Below are positions 1 through 10,744 of a stretch of 64,000 nt of DNA, piece by piece (within the stretch, counting starts at the first letter, position 1; the number at the start of each line of letters is the position of its first letter). Under the pieces are notes generated by a model. The model saw nothing but the letters and a program-made list of their open reading frames with translations. It was not told the origin of the DNA and searched no databases. The DNA is from Takakia lepidozioides (Eukaryota; Plantae; Bryophyta), in assembly GCA_030704615.1 (NCBI GenBank), contig CM060732.1, positions 24,862,001 to 24,926,000 on the forward strand, given 5' to 3'. The translations under genes were made by a program, and so were the position numbers.

Positions 1-550
1 TCCGAAGATTGGCCTGTCCGTGGCCAACTCAATACGAATCTCCTGACCCTTCAGTGCTCCCAAATCCTTCAAACTGAAGGCAAAGCAATTCATGTAAGCC
101 CTCAGGAACCGCCGTATATGTTGTCTCTCTCCTCCAGTGACAATGGGTCCAATGTCGGGCTCCCAATTGTCCTACGTAACTGCAACCTTAAGTCCAGCAG
201 ACTTAGAGGTGGAGGACGCGTCCCGTGGTTGTTATGCCACAACCTCTTGAGCAATACTCCTTGCCTACTCAGTCAATGACAAGGCCTCATCCTGCCCCAT
301 CATCTCATCCTTCAGGACCTCCTCAACCCAAGAAGAATCCCCAACCTCATCTATCACAGCCGCCTTGGCTGCCATCTCCCTCTGAACCTCGAGCACCTCC
401 CACGTGTGCCATGGATGTCTACACCCCGTGGTCCTCACCGGCTCGCCCCCACTCGCTGCATGTACCGTCTCGGTAGGCAAAGAGACTGTCAAGGGAAGTG
501 CACTCCGCACTCTACGTTGCTCAACCATAGCCAAGCTGATAATCCTCATT
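1..550 (-). mobile_element. Degenerate Ty3/gypsy pol fragment (region just N-terminal of RT), runs off window start
   Basis: Minus-strand translation with stops/frameshift reads ...RRFLRAYMNCFAFSLKDL..LKGQEIRIELATDRPIF, resembling the linker preceding gypsy RT. Confidence 0.55.
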
Positions 551-1589
551 CGAAGTCCAAATGGAGCAAACAGATGCCAAAATAATGCTGGGGCACTTTG
601 CTTGTCAAATAGGATTTGAATAAATACTTCGAAGAAAGATTGTTGGAATATCCAATTATTCCTCCCCAACTACTTTTCTTTTTTTATTGGATTATTTTTT
701 CTTTAATTACCCGTTCGAGACGTGTTTCTCGTTACTTGGCCATTGCAATGGCTACTTGACGTTGAATAACATAAGTACTACCCAATATGATTTTATTGAT
801 GTTTGGAGTTAATTATGAGGTGTTACCGGCGCTTAAGTTTCTTGTTTGTCAGGGCTATGTATTATTCCTAATGATGGTATCTTAAGTTGTAGTTATATGC
901 TAGGGTTTCAACTCCAGGCCACGATTTGTGTGGAGTCGTTTTATCTAGGGGGCTCACTAGTTAGTCTGTAGTTTAGTAGTCTTGGCTCCTCTTCATTCTA
1001 AAGAGAAGACTGACACACATCAATGTCAAAAATCGCTAAACACTTGTTGTGCCTTCTTAGGTGTCACCTCCCTACTTATGAGAAATAAATGGATGACTAT
1101 TCAAGTTTATTATGGATGAAAGTAGATTCCACTATTCATAATGAGGAGCCATACGTGACTAGCCGTTTGTTGGCTCCTCCCTATAAGGGAGAGACCACGC
1201 ATTGGTGCCAAAAATGAGTAAGATCCTGATATACCTCCACTAGATAATACCTACATGAAGCACATAACCCTCCCCCACTTAAATGTTAACTTGAATGTAC
1301 CTTGATTGGATAAGACCCATACATGAATCTTACATATGTAAATATTCATAAATAAAGACCCATAAATAAAGGGTATATAGTATATATGGATAGACATACA
1401 ATATCTATATTTTCCTGTATTTCAATCTTTGCCTGCTCAATGGCACCGTGGTGGTTCTCACACACCAATCCGACATTACCAGACTACAGACACAAGCAGC
1501 ACACACAAGAGGTCCTTTAGGGTTGATGGTCGGTCAAATCCTCTATGGGTCATGACACAAGGTCAAGGACAATGAGAGGACAATGTGGT

Positions 1590-3360
1590 GAGGCACCTTC
1601 TTCTTCGACCTATTTCAGCTTGTTTTGCCCTCTCATCAGACTCGGCCTTGAGATGCATATCGACTTTTGTAAGTAGCTCGTTGGGTGGATCTGTGGTGGT
1701 TTGGAGTGACTTTGACAAGTTGCTGCCGATGTGGCAGCAGGAAAGTACCCAAAAACAAATAACAAAGATTTGCAGTACCTACATGTGAAATGGTCAGGTA
1801 GTTTAGGTTGATGGGGGTCTCCAGTTTGCATCCTTTGTCAAACAAGGGTGCATGTCCATAAATGGAAATGGTGAGTGTGGGGGGGGTGAGTTTGCAAGTT
1901 TGTTGTTCAACTCTTGTTTTTCTTATTGCAGGAAGCTTTGTGGAGGGATGAAGGCCGGAGTTACCAGTCATATAATAATCAGTTGTTTGAGAGGTGGCAA
2001 TCCAGGGAAGAAATAGATGGGCCAGGTCAGGATGGCCCCCAAATACTTGGAGACAAATGCAACACGACCACCACAAGGAAATAAAGTAAGATAAGATGCG
2101 ATATCATTTTGAAGGTTGATGTCGAGATCAAGAGCGTCTGGAATGGTGTTTTTTCAAGAAAATGTGTTTGTTTGGGAACATGTTTCAAACTGATGAAGTG
2201 TCAACAGTGGGGTTCAACCAAAAGTCACATTCTTTGCCTTCATTGCTAGCCTCGGTGGACCTATGCAGTGAGTTGTAACAGCATTGCCAAAACCACCTTG
2301 TTCTAGTTGTACGCCATTTCACACTTATGACCACATGGTGGGTGGGTGGATGGGCGGGTGCATATAAACACTACATGGGACTGGTGTGATATGAGTTGGG
2401 CATTGACCCAGAATTAGCCATTGGGAGCCCAACGGCTTAACCAGGGTGTCTACTCTGTTGGGCAGACTACATGAGCAATTTGCGGACAGATGGGAAGGAA
2501 ATGTTGAAGCATTGAAGAGGTATCAGCTCTGGAACCTCTAAACTGAGATGTGTTCGTTAATGTTAATGTCAGAAGATGCAAGGAAGTGAACATGCAAGAG
2601 ACAGGTGCTAGGCTAAGAAACAAAGTGAGAAAATCACAGTCCCTGCAAATGCTGGCTATGTGGTATCTTGGCATGGTTTTCGTAGGTCATACACCTTACT
2701 GCTACATTACCATTTATCTAAAATTTCTCTTGTTTAATTTTACATCAAAGCTTTTACTCAGCTGTGGAATGAACACTTTTCCAACCCCAGTCAATGGTGG
2801 GACAATGGAGGCAAAAAGGTGCATGCCTGTTGGATTACTGAAAAGCTGATGCAATTTAGAATTGGACTCTACTGTAATAAGTAGGGTTGGGGTGTTTGCT
2901 GGAAGAACTTCACGTCGTGCTGAAGGAGCGGGGATAGAGTGTGGGTCCAGATTCATCCAAGAGGGCCGGATTTGAAGCTCCAGATTATCTATGATTCCCT
3001 GTGGAAGGATAGCTACAAGAAACCTACATGGGTAGATGTGTCAACTGGAAGCCACAGCAGCAGCGGCTTAATTGATGAAATCAGGCACTGCTAGTCAAGG
3101 CATCTTCTTCAACACATTTCACCTTGTTTTCCCCTCTTATCAGAGTCGGCCTTAAATTTTCATGTTGAATTCTGCAAGTTAGCTGGTTGAGTGAATCTTT
3201 GATAGTTTGGAATGATTTGACATCATACTGCCAATGTGACATCAGGAAAGTATCCAAAAACAGGTAACAGAGACGAGGAGAAGTTGTGGAATGAATACTT
3301 TTCTAACCCCAGTCAATGGTGGGACAACCGAGGCAAAAATGTGATTGCCTGTTGGAAGCA
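1590..3360 (+). pseudogene. Degenerate tandem exons of an OSB-like (organellar ssDNA-binding, PDF-motif) gene
   Basis: WNEHFSNPSQWWDNGGKK (~2765), IHPRGPDLKLQIIYDSLWKDSYKKPTWVD (~2951) and WNEYFSNPSQWWDNRGKN (~3286) match the OSB PDF motif, split by a GT-AG intron. A diverged related copy lies at ~1590-1780. The array is interrupted by the MULE insertion. Confidence 0.65.
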
Positions 3361-3398
3361 ACGCAAGTAGCATAGGAACTAGTGTGATAAGTAGGGTT

Positions 3399-3450
3399 CA
3401 GGGATGCCTCGGCGTGAGCCTGGTCGCGTGAGCGCAGCTGCGCTCACGCC
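3399..3450 (+). repeat. Left terminal repeat of MULE, with GCGTGAGC motifs and a 24-bp palindrome (3426-3449)
   Basis: GCGTGAGC at 3412 and 3426 and inverted at 3442; GCGTGAGCGCAGCTGCGCTCACGC is a perfect palindrome; the same motif pair occurs at 15388 and 15401. Confidence 0.8.
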
Positions 3451-3619
3451 ATGTCACCTTGCGCCCACGCCACATCACCAATATCACTCCACGTCATTAC
3501 GCTTAAACGCCACGTCACCGCGCGCCAAGGAAGAAGCGGAGTGTATTTCCGCGGAATTGACCGCGGTAACAAGTTGGACGACATAATAAAAGGATGTGGT
3601 CACTCCCACATGAAAGTAA

Positions 3620-3960
3620 AAGATGAATGCGGTATGGATGAATGTAGCATGGATGAAACATTGATGGATGGGTGCGAACAATGCAAGCAGATGGATGAAA
3701 TACAGATGGATGAGATTTCAATGGATGAATGTATGATTGATGAATGTACAATGGATGTTGAACAATGGAAAACATTCATGAATGGAGGATGCATTCATAC
3801 ACAATACATGAATGCACAATGTATATGACATGAGTGTGAGGGGTTTGTAAGATGGATTCGAGAGTGCAGTGGATGAATGTACAATGGATGTTGAATAACG
3901 GAAAATATTTATGAATGGAGGATGCATGAAAACAGTGTAGATGAATGCACAATGGCTTTG
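3620..3960. repeat. Subterminal degenerate tandem repeat (ATGGATGAA-based) inside the MULE
   Basis: Repeated atggatgaa/atggatg units about every 15 bp, plus a larger duplication of about 125 bp (~3740-3820 vs ~3871-3950). Confidence 0.8.
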
Positions 3961-6413
3961 ACATGAGGTTGTGGTGGTTGTGGGATGGATTCATGAAGAT
4001 TTCCATTTCATTCTGAGTGGATTCTTTGTTCCTTTTTCTTTCTGCCGGAACATCTGCAATAAAGTAGGGGAATTCAATCTTTTACGAAGAGGATGAGAAA
4101 TGAACATAAAAAATGCGTAGTTCAGTCTGACTCAGAATCAGTACAATCTATCCCCGCGTCCTCTGCATCCAAGTCCAAGTATTTTAGAACTCCGGATCTA
4201 CGATGGCTACACCTGCGGTCGGGCAATAAAAAGTCAAGGGAGAGAGCCTCGGCCATTTGAAGTGCCATTGCTTCGGCATACACAGGAAGCACAAAAGTGG
4301 AAAGGGGGCTGTCGAAAACAGTCTCGCCACAAATGGGGGTGTCTCCTGAAGATCCACCGCTGCCTTTCTTGCAAGTCACAGCAAGAAATACGTTATTACT
4401 GCAAATTTGATGTCTGCGATTGAAAAGGGCACCCAAATTGGAATGACAATTCCATTGCAGACTTACTCACATGAAAAATCGTTGTGGACCTGCTTATCCT
4501 CGTGATCCTCATCATTTCGGATTCGAATCGTTTCAGTTTGTGTGCCTGATGTAGAGCCAGACAAAAGGGGGAGGAGCACAGTCTTGTATAGGTCAGAGTT
4601 ACCCTCCATGCCAAAATGGGATCTGCCGCCTGCCTTGCACGCATGGTAAGTTCCTCCTGCAACAGACAAGAGAAAATGAACAGCTTGTAGGGGGGCGATT
4701 AACGAAGATGAAAATGGTGAAAGAAAACGAAATCTGAAGGGAGAAAACGAACCTGTGGATACCGAGAGGTCGACCACCCGTGCAGAATAGTGGCTGCATG
4801 ACTCCATAGTGTCTGCATTAATGTTGGTCTTTTCTCCTTTGCACCTCTCCAGGGAGTGCCATCTGGTTTTTTGAGAGTCTGAGTGGGCTACATGAAGTTG
4901 TACAGGATGTCATCGACATGTGGCTCATATGGGGGATTGATGAAACTCCCTTGGTCAGAAATCTCGAAGCTGCGAATGGAGGATGATGTCTTTGAGGTGC
5001 GAATCCTCTGCAGGCAGATCGCCTCGAACATCCTCGTCTGCGAAAGACAGGAGGTTAGGGTGAGAAACATAAACAACAGTGGAGTTTTGTAGATTGGCAC
5101 TTCAAAACATACGCATGCAACAAACTGATAAGTCAAGTCTTTTTGATGATCGGTGCCGATAGAGTTACACTGTAAAATACATTGAAATAAAGCAACAAAG
5201 CACACCCAAGAGGGAGGTGTCATACCAACTGACCAGGACAACCCCCTTTCACAAGGTAGAGGATGTTCATACAATTCCATGTGCGCAGAATTTCAAACCC
5301 AGAGGACTTTAGGTACGATGCCAATGCCCGACGACTATCCTTGTCACATGACTGAAAGAGTAGAAGTGTCCCTGCATCAGAAAGGAAATAGTTGCAGAAC
5401 CCGAACACCCAACTCCAGTAGTTGTCATCGTATTTATTCCAGCTTGGCGTCTTGCCCTTCGGAAGAACATCTGGCACAGCCTGGCCGTCCGGGATGTCAA
5501 GAATGACCATGTCTGGAGCAAACTTTTTCTGCACACCGCACACGAAAGAGGGACCAGTGCTCACCTGCGACAGACATGTTCAATTTCAGAACGAAGAGAA
5601 GAATGACTACAAAGAAACGAATACCAATACTGCCAATGTCACCTACGAATGCAAAAAAAATAAAGTTAAATTCCTACCAGATTGAGGAATGAGATCATGT
5701 TGTCCCAAGTAGGCAAAGGCACCCCGGTGTATCCTTTCTTCCGACTCTCCATCATCGCCAGCCATCCCTCATTGACAATCTTAATCTCCCCTGCAGAATC
5801 AGCACGGGAAGGGTGTGGCCTGGCATCGAACACGCACTGAATTGTGCGGGTATACCTTCCGGCGGTGAAGTCCTTCTCACTCTCCTGCTCTTTTTTCTTC
5901 TCCTTTTCTTTGTCCTTCCCCTTCTCCTTTTCCTTTTCCTTCTCCTTCTCCTTCGACTTGTCTTTGTCCTTTGTCTTTGCTGGTGACTTGGCTGTGCCAT
6001 CTGCAGCCTTGTCTTTGGGTTTACGCCCACCCTTCTTGCCCTTCTGGGCTATTTCCAGAGCGTCAGGCTCCTTGGCAGCCAGTGCTGCTATGTTTCTTTG
6101 GTACTCCTCATCGTTCAGAGGTGCCAGCATCTCAGCATGATTGTTCTAATATTTTATTTGCTGCTCCTGGAAAGTCGTGTGCTCAGGAGGGCAGTTTAGG
6201 TACCAACCACAGTCCTTGAAGTGTGTAGGACTCCAGTCCTTCAGTATCCTTGCAGTATACATGGTTGGATCGTTTCCCAGGTCCGACCACATGTCAAGAT
6301 AATCCGGGACACCACTGAGGTGATTTCCATCCATCAACACATATTTTGTGTACCTGCGAACCACGAGACAAACTGGAAATCAACCTCTTTATGCAGAAGC
6401 CCATTGTTCTCAA

Positions 6414-6671
6414 AGTGAATGTCGGTACCGACATTCAGAAATTCATGAGAGAAACACTGCATAGAACTATTGGGCACCCTAGAAAACGTACAAGAAATCT
6501 CTCGGTATAGAAGCTCACACTAGTTTTGGATGCGATGGTCGTCAACGACAGTCACAAAATTCCATTCAAGAACACTGCCAACACACCCTAAGTTCCGTGA
6601 TCCAAGAGAATGAAATCTTTGTCCATAAGAGCTCACAGTCATGGAAGTGAATGTCGGCACCGACATTCACT
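6414..6671. repeat. Three copies of a 26-bp palindrome in an intron of the ParB-MTase gene
   Basis: 6414-6439 AGTGAATGTCGGTACCGACATTCAGA; 6531-6556 TGCGATGGTCGTCAACGACAGTCACA; 6646-6671 AGTGAATGTCGGCACCGACATTCACT. Confidence 0.9.
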
Positions 6672-8478
6672 TCCTATTAGTGAAGAGCCCTTCTAACAAC
6701 GCCTAAGGATTACTCAGAAGATGCAACATAGTTTCTAGTTGGAAATGCACCTGTACACAACTCGCATCATGGCCCACTCCCCCCCAACCTGACTGTCAAA
6801 GTCGTTGGACCGCAAAATGTTACCATCCTTCGAAAATTCCTGGAAAAAACAGTAACGCCAAGTGAGTCCTCTCCACTTCCTGATGTATGCTTCCAATGTC
6901 ATTTGAGGCGGGGAAACAATAGAAATGTTCAAGTCCTTCAAATTCTGCTCGAGGACAAGGATGACGTGCTTCTCCAGCTGCAAAGGGTACATTTGTCAGT
7001 TTTGCAAATAAGGTAGTCATGACATTCATGAAGTCAACAAAGATGAAACTTCAATGAATACACACCTGACTCCAAAATGTAGCCTTGTGAAGCCGGTTGT
7101 CAAACACAATGTCACTGATTCCCTCCACCTTTGTGCCAGGCTGTATAGTGCTCTTAGGGAACTGATTCAAGTCCTTCATTGTTTGATCTGAGTTCCAAAT
7201 CTCCAGCCATCTAGTTTTGGTTTGGGGGTCAATCATGGAGATGGCCCGCCTGTGCTCTCCAAGGCCAGGATCTACTATTCTCAGCTGCTTAGAGAAGGCG
7301 GACATCAGTTTGGTTCTCTGAATTTCATACTCCTTCTTTATTGCTGCCTCCACACCCTTTGATGTCCTAAGTTCCTCTGTTGTAGTGCGGTAGTATTCGG
7401 ATTTCCCCTTCTCAGCTGCATTTGCTAGTTCTTGCTGCATTGATCAAAGTAGGGATGAGTAAAAACGAATTACAAACATGTGTTCAAAAAGGCAAGTGAG
7501 TACAGGCTTGGCCTTACCGCATACATGTACTCCAGAAACGCCTCTCGAGTTAAAGAATACCAAGTGCATGCAGCTCTTCCTGTTTCGCACTTCTTGATTA
7601 TATCGGGGTGGAGTACTGTGCGAAAATCATCGAGCTTCATCAGACCAATCCTCTGAATTCGGAACAGTGCGTGGACCAAGCTTGTTGTCACATGCGATTT
7701 CTCTGTCGATCTGCAAAAAGATTGGAAACAATGCATTGGTAAACATCATTTTTTGGTGGGATCAACAAGACATTGGAGAGGCAATGGAGTCTCTAGGACG
7801 ACTTACTTGTTCACGTCGTGCATAGGTGTAAGAAGCCTAGCGATGTTGTTTCCAGGATCCAGAACCATTGCCTCTACAACAACATGCTTGTCTTTGTCTT
7901 TTGAATGATGTTTCTGAATATATCCCATCCATGCCAGCAATCGGTGGTTGCCGTCCCAGACGTAGAACATGTGGTTGCAGAATTGATGGGTGTTTCTTCC
8001 CATCATGAGGCCCAGCTCGAACTCCTCATTAACATCCTTCCAGCACTCATCCCAAGTATCTGTGATCTCAGGAGACACTAATGTGCTTTTCCCATTTGTA
8101 TCCGTCAGTGACACATAAAAAACTTGTGCACCAAGTCTGTATCCATGCACGAAATCAGTTTCCAATTTTGTAATGTCATGGGAAAGAGGAGGACGCATAA
8201 CAGGCATAGATATCATCCGACATAGTGGGATGTCCAGACGCCCTCCAGAGACGAGCATGTCCCTAATAACCTCCTGAGAGTTTACCTTCTGGAATGACAT
8301 GAGTTCTTTCACCTTGTCAAGGTAGTGCACTTCAGGTTCATCTGCTTCATCGCTATTCTCAGAGCTCTTGGCAGACTCGTCCCCATCTCCAGAACCTTTT
8401 GCCTCTGTTCCTATCTGCTTGGACTTCACAGTTTTCTGCACGATGCCATGCCAATCAAACACTGAGTTATGTGCAAAT

Positions 8479-9400
8479 AGTGAATGTCGGTACCGACCAT
8501 CAGTCTGTCCGTCTCAAATCACAGTGAATGGCGGCACTGACATGCACAATCATCTACACAAACAAAGCTGATACAGACCAAAACACTATGACTACATAGT
8601 GATGGTCGGTACCGACAATCACTATGTTTCTGGGCAAGCAGGTACAAAGAGGTTCTGAGCATTAGCGAACGGCGTTAACGACAATCAGTATGAGAGTACA
8701 TTTGAAGGACCTACAAGATCGGTTTGGTGCAAGGAAATATATCTCTTAGTGATTGGCGGCACCGACACTCACTTTAGTTTAGGGCAGAAAGTGAGTGCAC
8801 ATAAGTCAGAGAGACTCCGTTGTGATGATCGTCACAAACAATCACTATTTCTTGTCTGTTTGGAATGTACTTTGCAATCGATACTCTACATGAAGCTACA
8901 GTATGGTCTCAAAAAAGTGATTGGCGGTACCGCCATTCCTCTTCCCTAATCTGTTCAACCTGAAACAGAGAAAATGCAATGCAAGACAATATGACTGAAT
9001 ATGCCAACCATCACTCTCTCTCCACGCATACAGGTACAGGAAGCTCATGAGGAGAATCGAATGGCGTTAACGACATTCACACTACACTAGAATGGAAAAC
9101 ATTGCGTTTGGTGTAAGTCAATACTGGATCATAGTTACTGTCGGCACCGACACTCACTTTCTGTTGTATCAAAATGAGAGTTTTGAAAAGAAAGAGAATG
9201 ACGTTGCCGACAATCACAGGTTCCTGCTACAGAATGAAAGAGAAAGAGTGCTTGGAAGGAAATCAGACTGACTCTATGATATGAAGAACAGTGAATGGCG
9301 TTACTGCCAGTCACAAACTGCTGGTTTGGAAAACCATTAACATTGGAGTACAAAGCAAATCAACATGACTTCATAGTGATGGTCGGTACCGACCATCACT
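8479..9400. repeat. Twelve copies of the same 26-bp palindrome in intron 1 of the ParB-MTase gene
   Basis: Starts at 8479, 8523, 8598, 8664, 8748, 8821, 8916, 9056, 9133, 9193, 9290 and 9375; 9375-9400 AGTGATGGTCGGTACCGACCATCACT is a perfect palindrome; the spacers do not appear to be copies of one another. Confidence 0.9.
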
Positions 9401-10744
9401 TTCTAGGACATTTCACTCACTCTCTTCGTAGACTGTAAACAGGAAATGGAAGGTAGAGAACACATACTGGCGCCTTCTTAGGTTTGGAGTTTGGATCCCC
9501 TTCTGCAGCTTTCCTCTTCCCCCTCACATCTGCTGGAATTTATGTCTGCTCTAGGGTTTGTAGACCTTCTCCCGGTTCTGCGTTCCCCGGACTTCCACCT
9601 CCTTTTTCAATTTCCTTGCGAATCATCTCTGTTTCCACAGTCTGGTTTCCAATGCTCACTGTTCCCTCTGACTGTGTGACAGCTGCAGCCTCATTCTCGG
9701 TCTGCTCTTGTGTTGCAGTCTCCGCATTCACCTGCTGTCGTGGCCCTGTGTTCTCCATCAAACGACGCCTTGTCATTTGCTCTCTTGCTCTGAGTCTCTC
9801 TCTAAGGAAAGTAAAATAAAGTGACTTTCTTCTCTTTCGTATCGTAGAAGGAACCCTCTCCAGCTTGACTACCTCTCTCCCTCTAAGTGCGGAAACGAGA
9901 AAGACAAAGTGACTCTCGATTTCTTGCGGAGTTGCGTGCGTTGGGGATTGTTTCTAGAAGCATCGGATTCCCTCTCGCGTGACCGTTACACAAATGTCAT
10001 TCCCTTATTAGTGCACCTGCCAGCCATTAGTGGACAGCTGTTTGTCTGCAATGTAGTTATCGATGTCTGACGTGTGTCGCCCGAAATGAACGGCGTGTCA
10101 TTTATTTGAAGGGTTTCAATAATTTAAAATAACAGCGACAGATATTATAGATGAATATAACATTGCACATAAAAAATTAGCTGGTCTGACTGCTCAGCCT
10201 CAGACAATGCCTATGCCATCAGATTCATGGCACCATGGAATTAAAAATATGGGGCCATCTGGCGCACAATCTCAGACAAATAAATGTAAATGAACGAGTG
10301 TTTGATGACAAATTTCTGGATATCATTCACATTCATCCTTGTAAGCCCACCGCACGTTCGTTTCATAGTTTGGAATTTCCAGGTGCGCATGATCAATGAT
10401 ACTAGTGTAAAAATGCATTTATTTCATCTGCTATCCCACCCTCAGATCCTTTGGCACACTTCTGAGAAGTCGGCTGGTTATTATGTTAATTGATGAGGTT
10501 CTGAATAAAGGTTTCACAGCTACCGAAATTGTTCCTAGGGATACTTTGAATTCAGGGCCCACAAAAAAAGTAATTAAAATGGACGGCTGCATGTCTGGAA
10601 GAGCTTGCCAGAGGCAAGGAATAACAGAATGTGTACTTTCTCCGCGATATTCTCTGCTCATTCTTCAACAGTGTTTTGGAGACCTCAGTCAACAGATTTC
10701 AAAGAACTGCGATAACAAGGCATCTTCGTACGAGAGGAGGCAAG

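Larger units (their letters stand above)
4122..9776 (-). pseudogene. MULE accessory gene: ParB/Srx-like N-terminal domain fused to a beta-class N4C/N6A DNA methyltransferase-like domain; spliced, ~10 exons, decayed
   Basis: Approximate exons 9776-9468, 8435-7807, ~7709-7518, ~7434-7066, ~6980-6751, ~6353-5679, 5564-~5226, ~5037-4753, 4656-~4470, ~4413-4122 with GT-AG ends. FYVWDGNHRLLAW (DGNHR at 7941-7955). PDMVILDIPDG..WNKYDDNYWSWVFGFCNYFLSDAGTLLLF..SGFEILRTW corresponds to motifs IV-VII. EKRPTLMQTL/MESCSHYSARVVDLSVSTG|GTYHACKAGGRSHFGMEGNSDLY corresponds to motifs X, I, II. Premature stops at 9540, 6146 and 4888; frameshift near 4808. Confidence 0.75.

Noticed and set aside
3451-3828. 125-aa ORF with MDEC repeats
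   Set aside because: It is a translation of the ATGGATGAA DNA tandem repeat.
5844-6140. Plus-strand SF-repeat ORF
   Set aside because: Antisense of the lysine/glutamate-rich linker of the accessory gene.
6320-6340. Second DGNH (MDGNHL) as another ParB domain
   Set aside because: It lacks the following Arg and the surrounding ParB pattern; probably coincidental.
8479-9400. Palindromic repeats with unique spacers resembling a CRISPR array
   Set aside because: Spacing is irregular (about 45-140 bp), the repeats are degenerate, they lie in spliceosomal introns of a eukaryotic TE, and no cas-like ORFs are seen.
4122-9776. Bacterial or phage contamination explaining the ParB-MTase gene
   Set aside because: The gene has multiple GT-AG introns and sits within TSD-bounded MULE ends in plant flanking DNA.
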